DNA of 64,000 bases from Candidatus Latescibacterota bacterium (GTDB lineage: Bacteria > Latescibacterota > UBA2968 > SICM01), in contig CBDCJO010000002.1 in NCBI GenBank assembly GCA_965217865.1, positions 2,592,001 through 2,656,000 of the forward strand. Reading direction: 5' to 3'. Shown in pieces: positions 29,538 through 40,295 of the stretch (positions are counted from its first letter, which is position 1; each line of letters opens with the position of its first letter). The notes below the pieces were generated by a model. It had not been told where the DNA came from. It was given only the letters and a program-made list of their open reading frames with translations, and ran no database searches. Made by a program: the position numbers and the translations under genes.

Positions 29538-32500
29538 CTGGTTTTCCTCCACTGGAAACGATAAGATCCGGAACCCGTCTCAAAAGTTACGTAATCATCG
29601 GTTTCAGCCGCCGCAAAAATCCCTTCGACTCCCTCGAGTAGTTTACCCTTTTCCCATATCAGAATATTGTTCTCGGTAATCGTAACATGTTTGAATCCTA
29701 TTTTGGGTACGCAGATCTTTGCCGTACTGTTGACAGGAGTACTTGCTTCCAGGGTAAACTCATCTTCCTGGTAATGCCATTGGGAAAAGATGGTTCCTCG
29801 TACGGTCTTATGCCAGGCTTTCGCGTATTTCAGTCCTTGGGGGACGAAAGGCTGAATGATAATTTGTTTAAATCCCGGCGTAACGGGATCAGGGCTAAAG
29901 TATGCCGGCCCTTGAATTCCCGCCAGGTCGTTGTAAAAGAAATGATCGATGGTGGTAAACATAGCCATGCTCAACCGATCGTCGTTGGTCGAATGGGCAC
30001 CCCAGGATTCCCAGATCGTCGTCGCCCCCTGATCGACCATGTACCCCCAGCCGGGATAATCCAACCGACTGACCAGGTTATACATTACCTCGCCGTATCC
30101 GTATTTGTTTAAGGCCTCCATCAGCGCGGTTGTCCCGATGATGCCGGTGTGATGATGTCCGTTATACTTGGTGACGATGTTATCAACGATGTTGTTCGCT
30201 ACCTCTTTTTCTTTTGTGTCAGGCGTCATGCCAAAAGTCAACGGTAAGAGGTTACAGGTTTGCGCTCCTGTGGCATATTGATTCGTTGACGGATGGAACC
30301 ACATTTCGTGAAACGCCTGGTTGATATTCTGGGCCAACTCCAAATATTTAGCTGCTTCCTCGTCATACCCCAGAAGTTTCGCAACCTGGGATACGAGCCG
30401 GGCGTTGTTATAATAGAATGCCGTTTTGATGAAAGGGAAAGGCGTTTCCGGTGACATCCATTCTTCTTTACCCGGTGCCGGCCCCGGCAGCATGTGGTCG
30501 CCATAATAGCCGTATTTCAAAATAAATCCGTCGGCTTTTTCGATCAGATTCTCCAGCCATTGTTTCATGCTGGGATAATGCTCCTCGAGGATACGCTTAT
30601 CCTCGTAATATTGATACACGTACCATACCGCTATGGGGTAGTTGCCGGCCCAGGCGGGATCGCCCGTATGCCGGTTTTTAGGGGGATAATTGGGAATAAT
30701 ATCCGGGATTATACCGTCGGCATGCTGGGCATATTTCGCATCGTCGAGATACTTTTGCCAGAACAAAGGCATATAAATCCGGGGATACAGGGTTCCCGGC
30801 GTGCTGCCCGGCTCGAGCCACCCCCAATGTTCCGTGTTAATACAATCCATTTGAATGCCGTACAGCTCATTCTTAATGGTTTGACGAACATTCGCATGGA
30901 TCCGATTCAACAGGTCATTCGAGCAGTCGAATCCTCCCGTCATATCGACGGCGTTATAAGCCATTCTGCCGATGACATCCTGTTGCGTTAGGTTGCCAGG
31001 ATAATTGTCGATTTGCACGTAACGAACGGGATGGAACGTAAATCGCGGTTCATACGCTTCACCTTTCGGATCCCCTTTCAGGATATAAATATCCCTTGAC
31101 CTCCCGCCGGGAATCTCTTTCAGGAACCCATCTTCCCGAAGCAGCGGCGCATATTTGATGGTAATTTCCCTGCCCGCTTCGCCTTGAAATTGAAATTTAG
31201 CCCAACCCGCGTAAAGCGTGCCAAAATCATAAAGGTGCGTTCCCGGCGCGGGTTGGTGAACTGATACCGGTGTCAGATTGTCATTCACCTTGATCGGCGG
31301 CAATAACTGCGACATCATGATCCCACCTGGACTTTTCTGGATTGATGCCTGAGTCCAGGGGGAATCATCATAGCCGGCGCGTGCCCATCCCGGTTTTTCC
31401 TTACGGGCATCATAGACTTCGCCGCTAATTATGCTGTTATGGGCAATAGGGCTTTCCGATGTTTTCCAGCTTTCGTCGCTTTTCACAATTAAGGTTGCGC
31501 CGTCCGTAAATCGGATATGCATCTGCAACAGAAGCCGGGGAGAGGGACAATAGGCCGGGCAGAACCAGCCGTTGCCCAGCATGACGCCTACGGCATTGGC
31601 GCCTTGTTGTAGCCTGTCCGTGACATCATGGCTAACGTAGAATATCCGTTTGCCGTAATCCGTCGTCGCCGGATCGAGCGCCCGGTCGCTCACTTTCTGA
31701 CCATTGATATATAACTCGCACCAACCCAAGCCGGAAATGTAAATTCGGGCTTGTGCGATCGGCTTGTCGATAGAAAACTCTTTTCGCAGCAAAGGAGAAA
31801 ACCGTGCTGAAGCGTGTCCCGTTCGAGCATGATTTTCATGACCGGAACTATCGCGAAGATCCCCCTCGAATTCCCACCAGCCCGCCAGAGCTTTATCCGG
31901 CACGGAACCGAGTTTATACATATTTGTGATTTCATCGTTGGAAAGAGCTCTGCGATAAATCCGGACATCGTCGATGGCGCCGTCAAACAATTCCTCTCTG
32001 CCTCCGTAAGAACCAATATAAACGTCGCCTGTACCGGTGGTTGACAACGAACCGGCTACCGCCCAGCTTCCTGCCCGCACCCCGTCAAAGTAAATCCGGA
32101 TGTGAGAGCCATCGAAAGTCGTCGCAGCCAGATGCCAATTCCTGTCCGCGAGAATCGATGAATCCACGGCTGCGCTCTTTTCATAATACGTACCGTTAAT
32201 GACGAATCCGCAATGCAGACCCTGTAATGGCTGTTTTTCGCCGACGGCCAGCAGCCATCGCCCCTCACTACCGTCACTTTTACGGATGATACACTGCCAC
32301 TCCGGAGTATAATTCCCCTGCTTGATCCAGGCGCTGATAGTCATGGCCTCGGTCGGCTTGAACTGGTCATGATGGGGAATGTGGATAGAGGAATTTATGC
32401 CGCTGAGATCCAAAGCGTAAGTTTTCCGCTTGCTGTTTGTCAGGAACTCTCTTTCGACATATTTCACGCTGGAACCTGCACCAATCCATGTAGCCTGCCA

Positions 32501-32875
32501 ATCGCTTTTCTGCAGCAGTCCCATTTCGAAGGTTGCCGGTTCACTCCACGCAGATGACTTGCCGTCTTTATCCCACACACGAACCTTCCAGTAACATCTT
32601 TCCCCGCTCGTTAATGTTCGCCCCGCGCAGCAAATGTTCACGGATTTATCAGAAAATACTTTTCCGCTGTCCCATTTGTCGCCAATGTTAGACTGGAGTT
32701 TTTGCTCGTTGCTGGCCGCCAGAACCTGGTAGGCCGACTGCATTTCGCCTCGCCGAGAAGATTCCAACCGCCAGCTAAATCGTGGCGCAGGAGTGTCTAT
32801 ACCCAAGGGATTCTGAGCATATTCACAACTCAATTCCTTGATGGTAATTGCCAGTGCTTTCATCAATGCGACCAA
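29534..32875 (-). CDS. GH78 alpha-L-rhamnosidase with an inserted LamG-like domain
   Basis: CEYAQNPLGID.P.PRFSW, YDFG, MDC..EHWGW, GATTIWESW; LamG insert (ISAWIK, WHLAATTFDG, FDGAIDDVRIY). Confidence 0.92.
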   Translation of the reverse strand: MVALMKALAITIKELSCEYAQNPLGIDTPAPRFSWRLESSRRGEMQSAYQVLAASNEQKLQSNIGDKWDSGKVFSDKSVNICCAGRTLTSGERCYWKVRVWDKDGKSSAWSEPATFEMGLLQKSDWQATWIGAGSSVKYVEREFLTNSKRKTYALDLSGINSSIHIPHHDQFKPTEAMTISAWIKQGNYTPEWQCIIRKSDGSEGRWLLAVGEKQPLQGLHCGFVINGTYYEKSAAVDSSILADRNWHLAATTFDGSHIRIYFDGVRAGSWAVAGSLSTTGTGDVYIGSYGGREELFDGAIDDVRIYRRALSNDEITNMYKLGSVPDKALAGWWEFEGDLRDSSGHENHARTGHASARFSPLLRKEFSIDKPIAQARIYISGLGWCELYINGQKVSDRALDPATTDYGKRIFYVSHDVTDRLQQGANAVGVMLGNGWFCPAYCPSPRLLLQMHIRFTDGATLIVKSDESWKTSESPIAHNSIISGEVYDARKEKPGWARAGYDDSPWTQASIQKSPGGIMMSQLLPPIKVNDNLTPVSVHQPAPGTHLYDFGTLYAGWAKFQFQGEAGREITIKYAPLLREDGFLKEIPGGRSRDIYILKGDPKGEAYEPRFTFHPVRYVQIDNYPGNLTQQDVIGRMAYNAVDMTGGFDCSNDLLNRIHANVRQTIKNELYGIQMDCINTEHWGWLEPGSTPGTLYPRIYMPLFWQKYLDDAKYAQHADGIIPDIIPNYPPKNRHTGDPAWAGNYPIAVWYVYQYYEDKRILEEHYPSMKQWLENLIEKADGFILKYGYYGDHMLPGPAPGKEEWMSPETPFPFIKTAFYYNNARLVSQVAKLLGYDEEAAKYLELAQNINQAFHEMWFHPSTNQYATGAQTCNLLPLTFGMTPDTKEKEVANNIVDNIVTKYNGHHHTGIIGTTALMEALNKYGYGEVMYNLVSRLDYPGWGYMVDQGATTIWESWGAHSTNDDRLSMAMFTTIDHFFYNDLAGIQGPAYFSPDPVTPGFKQIIIQPFVPQGLKYAKAWHKTVRGTIFSQWHYQEDEFTLEASTPVNSTAKICVPKIGFKHVTITENNILIWEKGKLLEGVEGIFAAAETDDYVTFETGSGSYRFQWRKTR

Positions 32876-33017
32876 TATCGGCGCGGCGTATGATGCCGCA
32901 TTTATGTTCGAGATGCTGGAGAATGGGATTGGTCAGGCGATCTTTCTGAAGGTCTGCGACCCGTACACCAAACAGGAGGACGGCAAACGGGTGGCACAAT
33001 GGGGCTGGCCGGCAACC

Positions 33018-33413
33018 TCATCGCGGCAACTGTGCCCTCAGCCAGTAGGGTAAGATTTCATCCTCATACGTGATCTCAAGCTCGACCTTGCGCACTTCAC
33101 ACGGCTCGGGCTTCAGATAGGCTGGAGGTTGAATTTCGGATTGTAAGATGCGGAAGGTCAGCGTGTTGCGTCCCTTCTTCAGCAACCCGGGATCAATGAC
33201 AGCTTGCCGGTGGCAATGGAGATTGTCGGATGGGTGATCCAGGACGACCAGAGGAAGCGTGAGTCCTGCTTCCCAATCCACGGTGACCTCGTGCCCGTTG
33301 ACCTTCAGGACGAGGTCTCTGCGTGTCCAATCGGTCTCAGTGACGTTCAGCAACAGTCGTACGCCTACCGGCATACCCTGAGCCAGCACGGGCAACCCAG
33401 CCTTCGTATTCAA
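33018..33413 (-). pseudogene. Probable C-terminal beta-sandwich fragment of a larger protein
   Basis: LKVNG...LLKKGRNTL pattern typical of accessory domains; no clear N-terminus. Confidence 0.4.
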
Positions 33414-33810
33414 CGGTTGGGAATGACCATCCGCTGTCTGTCTTTAGCAACCAAACCAGGGGTTCTGTGATGTGGGGAACAAGGAGGTGATAAGTAGATG
33501 GTTTATCCAATTGTTAGCTCAAACATTTATGCGGATGATTCATTTAGATATTTTGCGGCATTTGCAAAGGGAGTTAAAAGATATGGAATAATTGGGAGGG
33601 GAAAAAGAAAAACCCACGGCAATTTTGCGGTGGGTGGTAGGGGGGGAACTGCAACCCGTGGTTACACGACTATGGTCTTGCATTTACATACGAAATAGGG
33701 AAACCAATTCTTCAATGTCATCGGCCTGTATTGTGTTTCAGCAATTGCTATCTTACCGACGGCATGACCTGTGCGGCCGAACCGTAAAATGGCAAGTGAC
33801 CCTGCCCATC

Positions 33811-34290
33811 TCAAACGCGCCGCTCAGCGTCGTCTCTGGCACGGGACACCGTGGCGTCGGAGAAGGTTGACTGAAGCTCCGTTGGTTTCACCAATTTGGG
33901 GAGAATCGTTGCGGAAGCTGTATCGAAGAACGTTTCCGCAGTCGTGAGCAAGAAAAGTACCGCATAAAGTAGCGGTATCGTCGCCGTGCCTGTAATTACT
34001 GCCAACCCAACGGACCCGAAGAGGACGGCGCGGAATATCCCAACCGCAGCCAAAGCACGTTGACGATCTACCCGGTCAGCCAGCGCGCCACTGAGCAGCG
34101 CAAATAATAGCCATGGAATCTGCTGCGTGAAAGAAAGCCCTGCCACGAGCGTGGGGTTGCGAGTGATGGTTGTGGCTAAGAGGGGCGCGCCGACGAGAGC
34201 GACGCCATCTCCCAGATTGGAAAGGGCGGCCGCGCCACACAGCTTACGAAACTCCGGTCCGAGGTTGGTTTGCGGTCGAGCCGATTTCAT
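33811..34290 (-). pseudogene. MFS transporter, N-terminal fragment
   Basis: FRKL...SNLGDG, GALADRVDR motif A; only about 4 TM helices. Confidence 0.8.
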
Positions 34291-34366
34291 CGTTTGTCCC
34301 AGCCCCTTTGCAGGCTACTCATCCGTTCGTTGTAGATGGGTGGTTTTTTGTTTAAGCGCCGCTTTC

Positions 34367-34458
34367 GCTTAACGTTGCGCGGGTTTACCACCTGGCGAAG
34401 TCAGGTTACCCGGAGGCCAAGGGAGTTCGTCGCCCTCAGCGTAAACGAGATGTTATGT
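34367..34458 (-). other. attC-like site
   Basis: Minus strand ACATAAC (R'')...CGTTTAC...GTAAAC...GTTAAGC (R'), 92 bp. Confidence 0.45.
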
Positions 34459-34546
34459 TATGGGGAAACTACATGCAATTCACGTTATTCGTCTCTGACG
34501 CCACAAAGGTCTGTACCAAAAACGTAATGTCTACCTATATCCTCCC

Positions 34547-35251
34547 TTAACGGGCAAGTAAGACAACCACCCCGAGGCCACTCTCCTTGCGGCTTTCCCA
34601 CAAGAGCTCCGTCGTCCGGAAGCCAGCTTCCCGCAGCAAAGCCTTGTGTTCGTCGAGGCTCAGGGTGATATCGTAGTTCCATCCCGAACGGGCCCCATCT
34701 GGCAGGCGAGCTATGTAATTGTGGTATATGTCATCGTCCTCAAAACGGTCCCCCGGCGGGGCTGACTGATCTCCTTCAACGAAGCAACCGTCTGGTTTTA
34801 ATGATTGCAGAATCTTGTCATAAACCACCTTCCGATTCGGTGGGGGAAGGTGATGAAGGGCGAGGGTCGAGATGGCGTAGTCGAAGACCCCTTCCCCGAA
34901 TTCCACGTCGAGGCAGTTACCGCGGATGAGGGTGATCTGGTCCATGCGGTTCCTGAACTTGCCTTCTAGGCGTTCGAGCATCCCGTCAGCAAGGTCGATA
35001 CCAGTGATCTGCGCCTGGGGAGCCTTCTGGAAGACGTACTTCAGTTCCAGCCCGGTACCGCATCCTACATCCAGGAGGGTTACCTTCTCGGTCGTTGCAC
35101 GGATAGGCTTGACGACGGCTGCGTAAAAGGGGTCCACCTCGCCACCGTCACCGAACTTCTCATCCCATACTTCCGCCGTAGCGCTGAAGAAGGCCTCTAG
35201 ATGTTCGATGCCATCCAGGAGCCAGGCCGGCAGATTCTCATCCCGCGGCAT
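34547..35251 (-). CDS. Class I SAM-dependent methyltransferase
   Basis: LLDVGCGTG, GIDLADGML, STLALHH, LKPDG; the ORF-track start at 35566 is probably too early. Confidence 0.9.
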   Translation of the reverse strand: MPRDENLPAWLLDGIEHLEAFFSATAEVWDEKFGDGGEVDPFYAAVVKPIRATTEKVTLLDVGCGTGLELKYVFQKAPQAQITGIDLADGMLERLEGKFRNRMDQITLIRGNCLDVEFGEGVFDYAISTLALHHLPPPNRKVVYDKILQSLKPDGCFVEGDQSAPPGDRFEDDDIYHNYIARLPDGARSGWNYDITLSLDEHKALLREAGFRTTELLWESRKESGLGVVVLLAR

Positions 35252-35469
35252 AGACGCCCTTGGAACCTTACTGGCGATCTCATTGAACCTTTGATCAACC
35301 GAATTTTGGTTTGTCCTGTTGCCGCCCATGAGTCTGCTCCCTATCGTAACGAGCTCGACTTGCGAAATAGAGGAACTGTAAATAAAATAACGTAGGGAGG
35401 AGGGGATGTTCTTAAGCGCTTGGTAAAGCTCGGGTGGGGTCGGTTCTGCCAGGACGGCAGTACCATTGT

Positions 35470-36210
35470 CTAATTGAGATCGTCGAGTAACGGCAAAGCA
35501 CGCTGCTCCAATTTTTCTGCCTTTATTGGATATTCCCTTCCTGCTTCGTATTCGTGGATGACCCACTCGACGATGGCACGCGCATCGGGATTGTCTTCAG
35601 TCACGTTGGGGATTCCAAATTTATCCAGGTAAGTGTTAATCCAGAACAAGACTCCAAGTCTACCCGAGTTATGTGTCACTTCCACGTTGACGATTTCCTT
35701 CCGTCTCGCTTTTCGCAACTGCAATCTAAATCTTCTGTTCCATTCCCGCTCGTCCACCTCCTCTGATGTTTTAATGATTTCTGGACCGAAGGGTTGACAG
35801 AAGGCGTATACATGGAGAGACGGCTTCCAAAATAATTGATGGATCGATAGATCGACCTCGCAGCCTACGACAAATGGAACCTGGCCCCGATTCCAGGAAC
35901 GACCTATCGCGTGCTTGCGCGCCCCATGTTCGTTGGTGGTGAGCCAGACCTCGCGTCCACCCCTTGAAACCGTGTCCAGACCATTCTTCAAAATTGAATC
36001 AATCCGATCACCACTTGTCCCGTGCCATAGCCGCGCCACCCTGTTTTCCCCCCGCCTTGGTCCCAAATGTACCCGGTATTGTCCCTCTCGGAATTTCGCG
36101 TCAAGGCCCCCTACCCTTAGAAGATGACGGACTTCCCCCCTCCGGATACCGAACTGCTGCGCCGTCTCCTCGAGACTAAGGTTGTAGTATTCACAATCGT
36201 CCATGGTCAT
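35470..36210 (-). CDS. Protein with an N-terminal HTH and an ADP-ribosyltransferase-like (Tpt1/KptA C-domain-like) region
   Basis: LSLEETAQQFGIRRGEVRHLLRVGGLDA; LWHGT...SILKNGL...VWLT...A. Confidence 0.6.
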   Translation of the reverse strand: MTMDDCEYYNLSLEETAQQFGIRRGEVRHLLRVGGLDAKFREGQYRVHLGPRRGENRVARLWHGTSGDRIDSILKNGLDTVSRGGREVWLTTNEHGARKHAIGRSWNRGQVPFVVGCEVDLSIHQLFWKPSLHVYAFCQPFGPEIIKTSEEVDEREWNRRFRLQLRKARRKEIVNVEVTHNSGRLGVLFWINTYLDKFGIPNVTEDNPDARAIVEWVIHEYEAGREYPIKAEKLEQRALPLLDDLN

Positions 36211-36265
36211 CCATCACGGCACGATCGATCAAAACATGCGTCGCCCGATCCGCTTGCTCCAATGG

Positions 36266-36787
36266 TTAGGCCCCTATGAGTAGCTCTGGTGCAGCTCTCA
36301 ATGGGAGCAAGAAGAATGCTGTGTTTTCGCCGGGTCTTTCATTGCGGCCAGGATCGATGCCGAAACCGAGTTCGGCCTTCAATGCGTAGTTCGCCTTAGA
36401 GTCGTAGCAACTTCGAGATCGAACCTGGTAACACTTGAGTTCACGAGCCCACTCCACTGCCGAGGTTTGGAGGAGTCGTCCGAGACCACGGCGACGCCAC
36501 CCTTCTCGAACTCCAAGCGCCACCACCTTGGCTTCGATGGCAGGCTTGTCATCGACGAAGAATGGTGGTTTGTCTTCGTCCATGCCGATCTGTTGTGTCC
36601 AGAACCGGAGGAATCCCACGGCTTCCGTAGGAGTCGAGGCACACAAGGTATATAAACCGAGATGAAAGTCACAAAGTTTGTCGTCTAAACCCCCCTGGCC
36701 CAGGTCGTCGCAAGCCGCAAGCAGCTCAGGCCAACGAGCATGGTCGGATGTCCAACGGTCGATCCGTATGTTGTCTGTATCAGGCAA
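36266..36787 (-). CDS. GNAT-family acetyltransferase
   Basis: LGVREGWRRRGLGR motif A; N..LK..LGF. Confidence 0.85.
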   Translation of the reverse strand: MPDTDNIRIDRWTSDHARWPELLAACDDLGQGGLDDKLCDFHLGLYTLCASTPTEAVGFLRFWTQQIGMDEDKPPFFVDDKPAIEAKVVALGVREGWRRRGLGRLLQTSAVEWARELKCYQVRSRSCYDSKANYALKAELGFGIDPGRNERPGENTAFFLLPLRAAPELLIGA

Positions 36788-36907
36788 AGCTAACCTCCAG
36801 GTATATGGCTAATGCATAAGAGTTGTCAAACGATGTTTGAAAACTGCTACGTCCGTTGTCGGAATAATTCGTTTCATTTCGACCTCCTTGTTGGTGGTGA
36901 GGTAGTT

Positions 36908-37627
36908 TCAGATTCGGCAGGCATCGATGAGCTGCTGACACGTAGAGGTATATCCGAGATGGTCCTCGATCAGCCGGGTGAGTACAAGACGGACCCAACC
37001 CTTCTCGGGCAAGGAGTCGTCGAGCGTATCTCGGAATTCGTTCATCCCCGCCGGGTGTGTGCCATCCCGAAGCAGCACAGCACGATAGTTACGTTCAAAT
37101 GCTCCTACCATGGTATAGAAGACACAAGACTTGAAGCTGAATCCGGTTACCAGGACAGTAGTCACCCCCCATCCTCTGAGGTAGTCGTCGAGCATGGAGT
37201 TCTGAAAACTATTCTGAGCGCACTTCGCGATCATAGCATCCTCTGCGTGAGGTTCAATGCTCGCAGGCCAGGGTGGCTCGATTGTACGACGCCATCTGTG
37301 TGCTTTCCATGGATCCTGCCTTCTTGTGCGGTGAAGCTCTTGATAGACACTGTACGGCCCATCTGATCCGCCACTGGGGTAACTGTAGATATACACAACA
37401 CGCATCCCGGCATCTCGTGCTGCATGGGCAGAAGGGGAGATCTTCTCATCGATCACTCTGAGTAGGGGATCATCCTCCCGAACCCCTACGCAATCAACTA
37501 TCAGAAAGGCTGTCTTCTCTGGAGGGAGTTCCAAAAGACTATCGACGGAGATATCCTCTGGGTCCCCGGTGAAACGGACTGGAAGATTAATAGGAATCTT
37601 GTCCTCCTTCGCTGTGTAGCAATGCAC
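36908..37627 (-). CDS. Isochorismatase-like cysteine hydrolase
   Basis: TAFLIVDC, IAK...NSF, GFSFKSCV..T, LLRDGT. Confidence 0.85.
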   Translation of the reverse strand: MHCYTAKEDKIPINLPVRFTGDPEDISVDSLLELPPEKTAFLIVDCVGVREDDPLLRVIDEKISPSAHAARDAGMRVVYIYSYPSGGSDGPYSVYQELHRTRRQDPWKAHRWRRTIEPPWPASIEPHAEDAMIAKCAQNSFQNSMLDDYLRGWGVTTVLVTGFSFKSCVFYTMVGAFERNYRAVLLRDGTHPAGMNEFRDTLDDSLPEKGWVRLVLTRLIEDHLGYTSTCQQLIDACRI

Positions 37628-38032
37628 AATACATATACACTACACGATTGCGGATGCACTTAAGCGTCACGAGAGGGATCAAGCGATTTTTCTGGTTCCC
37701 AATATTTACAATATGATATAAACTATCAAGGCCTACTGCGGCCTTTGCTTCTCAGCAACCTGGCAAACGACGGTTTGAGATGGGTGATGGTTGTAGTGGT
37801 GCTTTGTTGGACGGCGAGGGAATTTTCGATGTAGAAATCGGGAAGGGTTTAACTTACTCGATGATTACGCTCTCGGGTGAGACTCGGATTGAGGACATCA
37901 TCAAGTAAACAAATGCCACAAACATTAGTCCAGCCGCCGAAAGAAGTGTCACCTGCCAGCCCAGGGTTTCACCGAGATAACCTCCGAACAAGGCAGCCAT
38001 TGGAATCACACCAAATACGACGAGCCGTCTAG

Positions 38033-39865
38033 TCCTAAAATAAGCGAATAGGCTTGTTGAGCGGTGTGTTATACAAGATTTCGGAGCATTTCAGACTTGT
38101 GACTTGGTGGAGATGATGTCTGGGCTGTTTTTGTGATTGTTTCGGCATGCGATTGTCTAATTAACTGAGTTTGCGGACGTGTTTTAGCCGGGGTGGACGG
38201 ACTTGTCCCTGTGATGTTACGACGACAGGTGCTGACATGGCAGTCAGGCCGGTTTGAGCCATCTGATTCTGTTCCAGGCCGGGAAGAAGTCAGTCATCCA
38301 CCGGTTGTAGCCCAAGACACGATAGATGATCTGTCTTCCCCGGGTCACGATCTGGCAAGGGATCCAGATCAGATTCTGGAGGAAGGCGCGAAACTCCATT
38401 CTCAGAAGTTGATCGCGACGCTCACGCTTTCGGATCATCAACGCGAACCAGGCTTTGAGGTTCCACGCCAGGGCGGTCATGACCATGTAAGCCCAGTTGC
38501 TCATCAGGTTGTCGACGGGCATCCGCATGGCGTTGACCCCGTTCTTGAGTTGTTCAATCACGTTTTCCTGATCGCACCGTCCATTGGCCAGCCTCACGAT
38601 TTCCGCGGCCGTAAGATCTTTTCGGGTGGTAATGTAGAAGAAACAGCGCTTGTCATCGAACAGGGCGTTTTCGCCGCGTTCGACGCTCAGGTTCTTTTCG
38701 AGGATCACGAGTCGACAGGTCTTCTTGCATCGAGCAGGACGATACGAAACCCCGGCAACACGTTCACTGGCAAGTCGGATGTTTTTGAAGCCGCGCTCCC
38801 GGATGATCCGGGCTTTCACGTTCTCGCGTTTCTGTCTCTGGGAGGTCTTGACCTGGTATTTGGGTTGTCGTTCAAAGGGCTCCCAATCGCTCTGTGACAG
38901 GGATTTGGCGATCTTGACCAATCCCCGGTAAGCATCCATGCCGAAGACGAAGTCGACCTTTTCCGACCAACGATCGAAGTGCCGGGTGAGTGAGAAGCCG
39001 GTGTCTCCGCGCAGGCAGATGCGTTTGGCGAAAGGGGCGACCAGCGCGATGGCGCGATCGATCCACTTTACGGCACCGTCGTGGCTGGGCACATTGCCGG
39101 GTCGATTCACAAGAAACAACACCTCCCTGGTGTTCGCCAGAGAGACCACGAGAGGATGGTATCCCCAGATACCGTTGTATGACAGGGCCATGCCCTGCTT
39201 GCGTTCTCCGAGGGTGGTGGCCAGGGTGCCGTCGATGTCGATGAGGGCTTCTTTGAGTTCGCCCCTGGCGCGCTTTTTCCAGATCCGGGTGCGCACCCGG
39301 TTGATGCAATCCATCAACGTCTCGATATCCGATGGCCGGAAACGACGTGTAAAGTCGCCTGCTGTGGCCGGATCCGGGAGACGCTGAGCGCCCAAAGCGT
39401 TCAGGAACGTGGCATCCTGCCGGCGCAGCTCAATGTCTTCAAGGCGTTGACCACCAACCAGCGCATTGTAGGCGATGTTCAGAACGTGGTCTGATTCGTG
39501 ACAGGGCAAATGCACTTTCAAAAGATGAAGATGACGGTCAATCTCTTTCACCAGCCCAACCCTGCGGACCATGTGGTGAAACGCGCCGATCCCCCCACAC
39601 GTGATCGCCTCGGCCTTCCCACTTATCTCGTAGTGGATGTTTCCCCCAGACATCATAGGCTTGACCTGACTGCACCACTGCTTCCGACGCAAACGACGGA
39701 CAATTCGTGCTTCCCTGTTCCGAAGAATCTTCCTGTATTCTCTCATCTGAAATGCCCCTTTTGATGGCCTCTTTTTGTCTTTCACACTACAACTATAGGC
39801 CTGAAAACTGGGGCATTTCAACTTTTTTCTACTAAAACCAAGAAAAATTCACGCTTGTATAGGGG
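38033..39865 (-). mobile_element. IS1380-family insertion sequence, complete copy
   Basis: Imperfect ends TCCTAAAATAAGCG / CCCCTATACAAGCG; CTAG on both flanks; second partial copy at 47939. Confidence 0.85.
38244..39746 (-). CDS. IS1380-family transposase
   Basis: IDIDGT, GYHPL, RPGN, LRGDTGF, RCDQENVIEQLK. Confidence 0.9.
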   Translation of the reverse strand: MREYRKILRNREARIVRRLRRKQWCSQVKPMMSGGNIHYEISGKAEAITCGGIGAFHHMVRRVGLVKEIDRHLHLLKVHLPCHESDHVLNIAYNALVGGQRLEDIELRRQDATFLNALGAQRLPDPATAGDFTRRFRPSDIETLMDCINRVRTRIWKKRARGELKEALIDIDGTLATTLGERKQGMALSYNGIWGYHPLVVSLANTREVLFLVNRPGNVPSHDGAVKWIDRAIALVAPFAKRICLRGDTGFSLTRHFDRWSEKVDFVFGMDAYRGLVKIAKSLSQSDWEPFERQPKYQVKTSQRQKRENVKARIIRERGFKNIRLASERVAGVSYRPARCKKTCRLVILEKNLSVERGENALFDDKRCFFYITTRKDLTAAEIVRLANGRCDQENVIEQLKNGVNAMRMPVDNLMSNWAYMVMTALAWNLKAWFALMIRKRERRDQLLRMEFRAFLQNLIWIPCQIVTRGRQIIYRVLGYNRWMTDFFPAWNRIRWLKPA

Positions 39866-40295
39866 CTAGTGAAATGAACGATCCGATCCATGGCCGCACT
39901 TCCGATATAGCCGTTTCTTCTTTGGTCGCAAGGTACAGGTAGGGGATACCCTTCGGATTGGCGCGACCTTCGGATGCCCGGTCCCGAAGTGGCTTCATGC
40001 GGTGTGGTGAATGGGGGTACTCTGGTGGTTCAAACACCTCGTCGCCCTGACCTTCTTTTCGCAGGCGGCAACCGAGTTGCGCGCGCCAGAAGATCAACTG
40101 TTCCTTTAATATCACCTTGCGCGCAACGGCTGTCGCCAAGACAGTGTCCAGGAACTTCTCGCTTTCGACGGACCGGACATACCGGAAGTCCCGTCGCACG
40201 GCTCGTTCGAAACTCCAATAACTACACCATGACTGGAAGCCTGCCATCAGTTTATGCTCCGCTATATTACTGGATGAAGATACCCCCTGGCGCAA
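39866..40295 (-). pseudogene. RES domain protein truncated by IS1380
   Basis: WRAQ, EGRANPKGIPYLYLA...TAISEVRP; the S-containing C-terminal part is missing. Confidence 0.82.

Noticed and set aside
37990-38032. Continuation of the RES gene on the far side of IS1380
   Set aside because: The joined frame gives only LDGSSYLV* with no RES C-terminal motif, so the flanks are probably not the original contiguous site.
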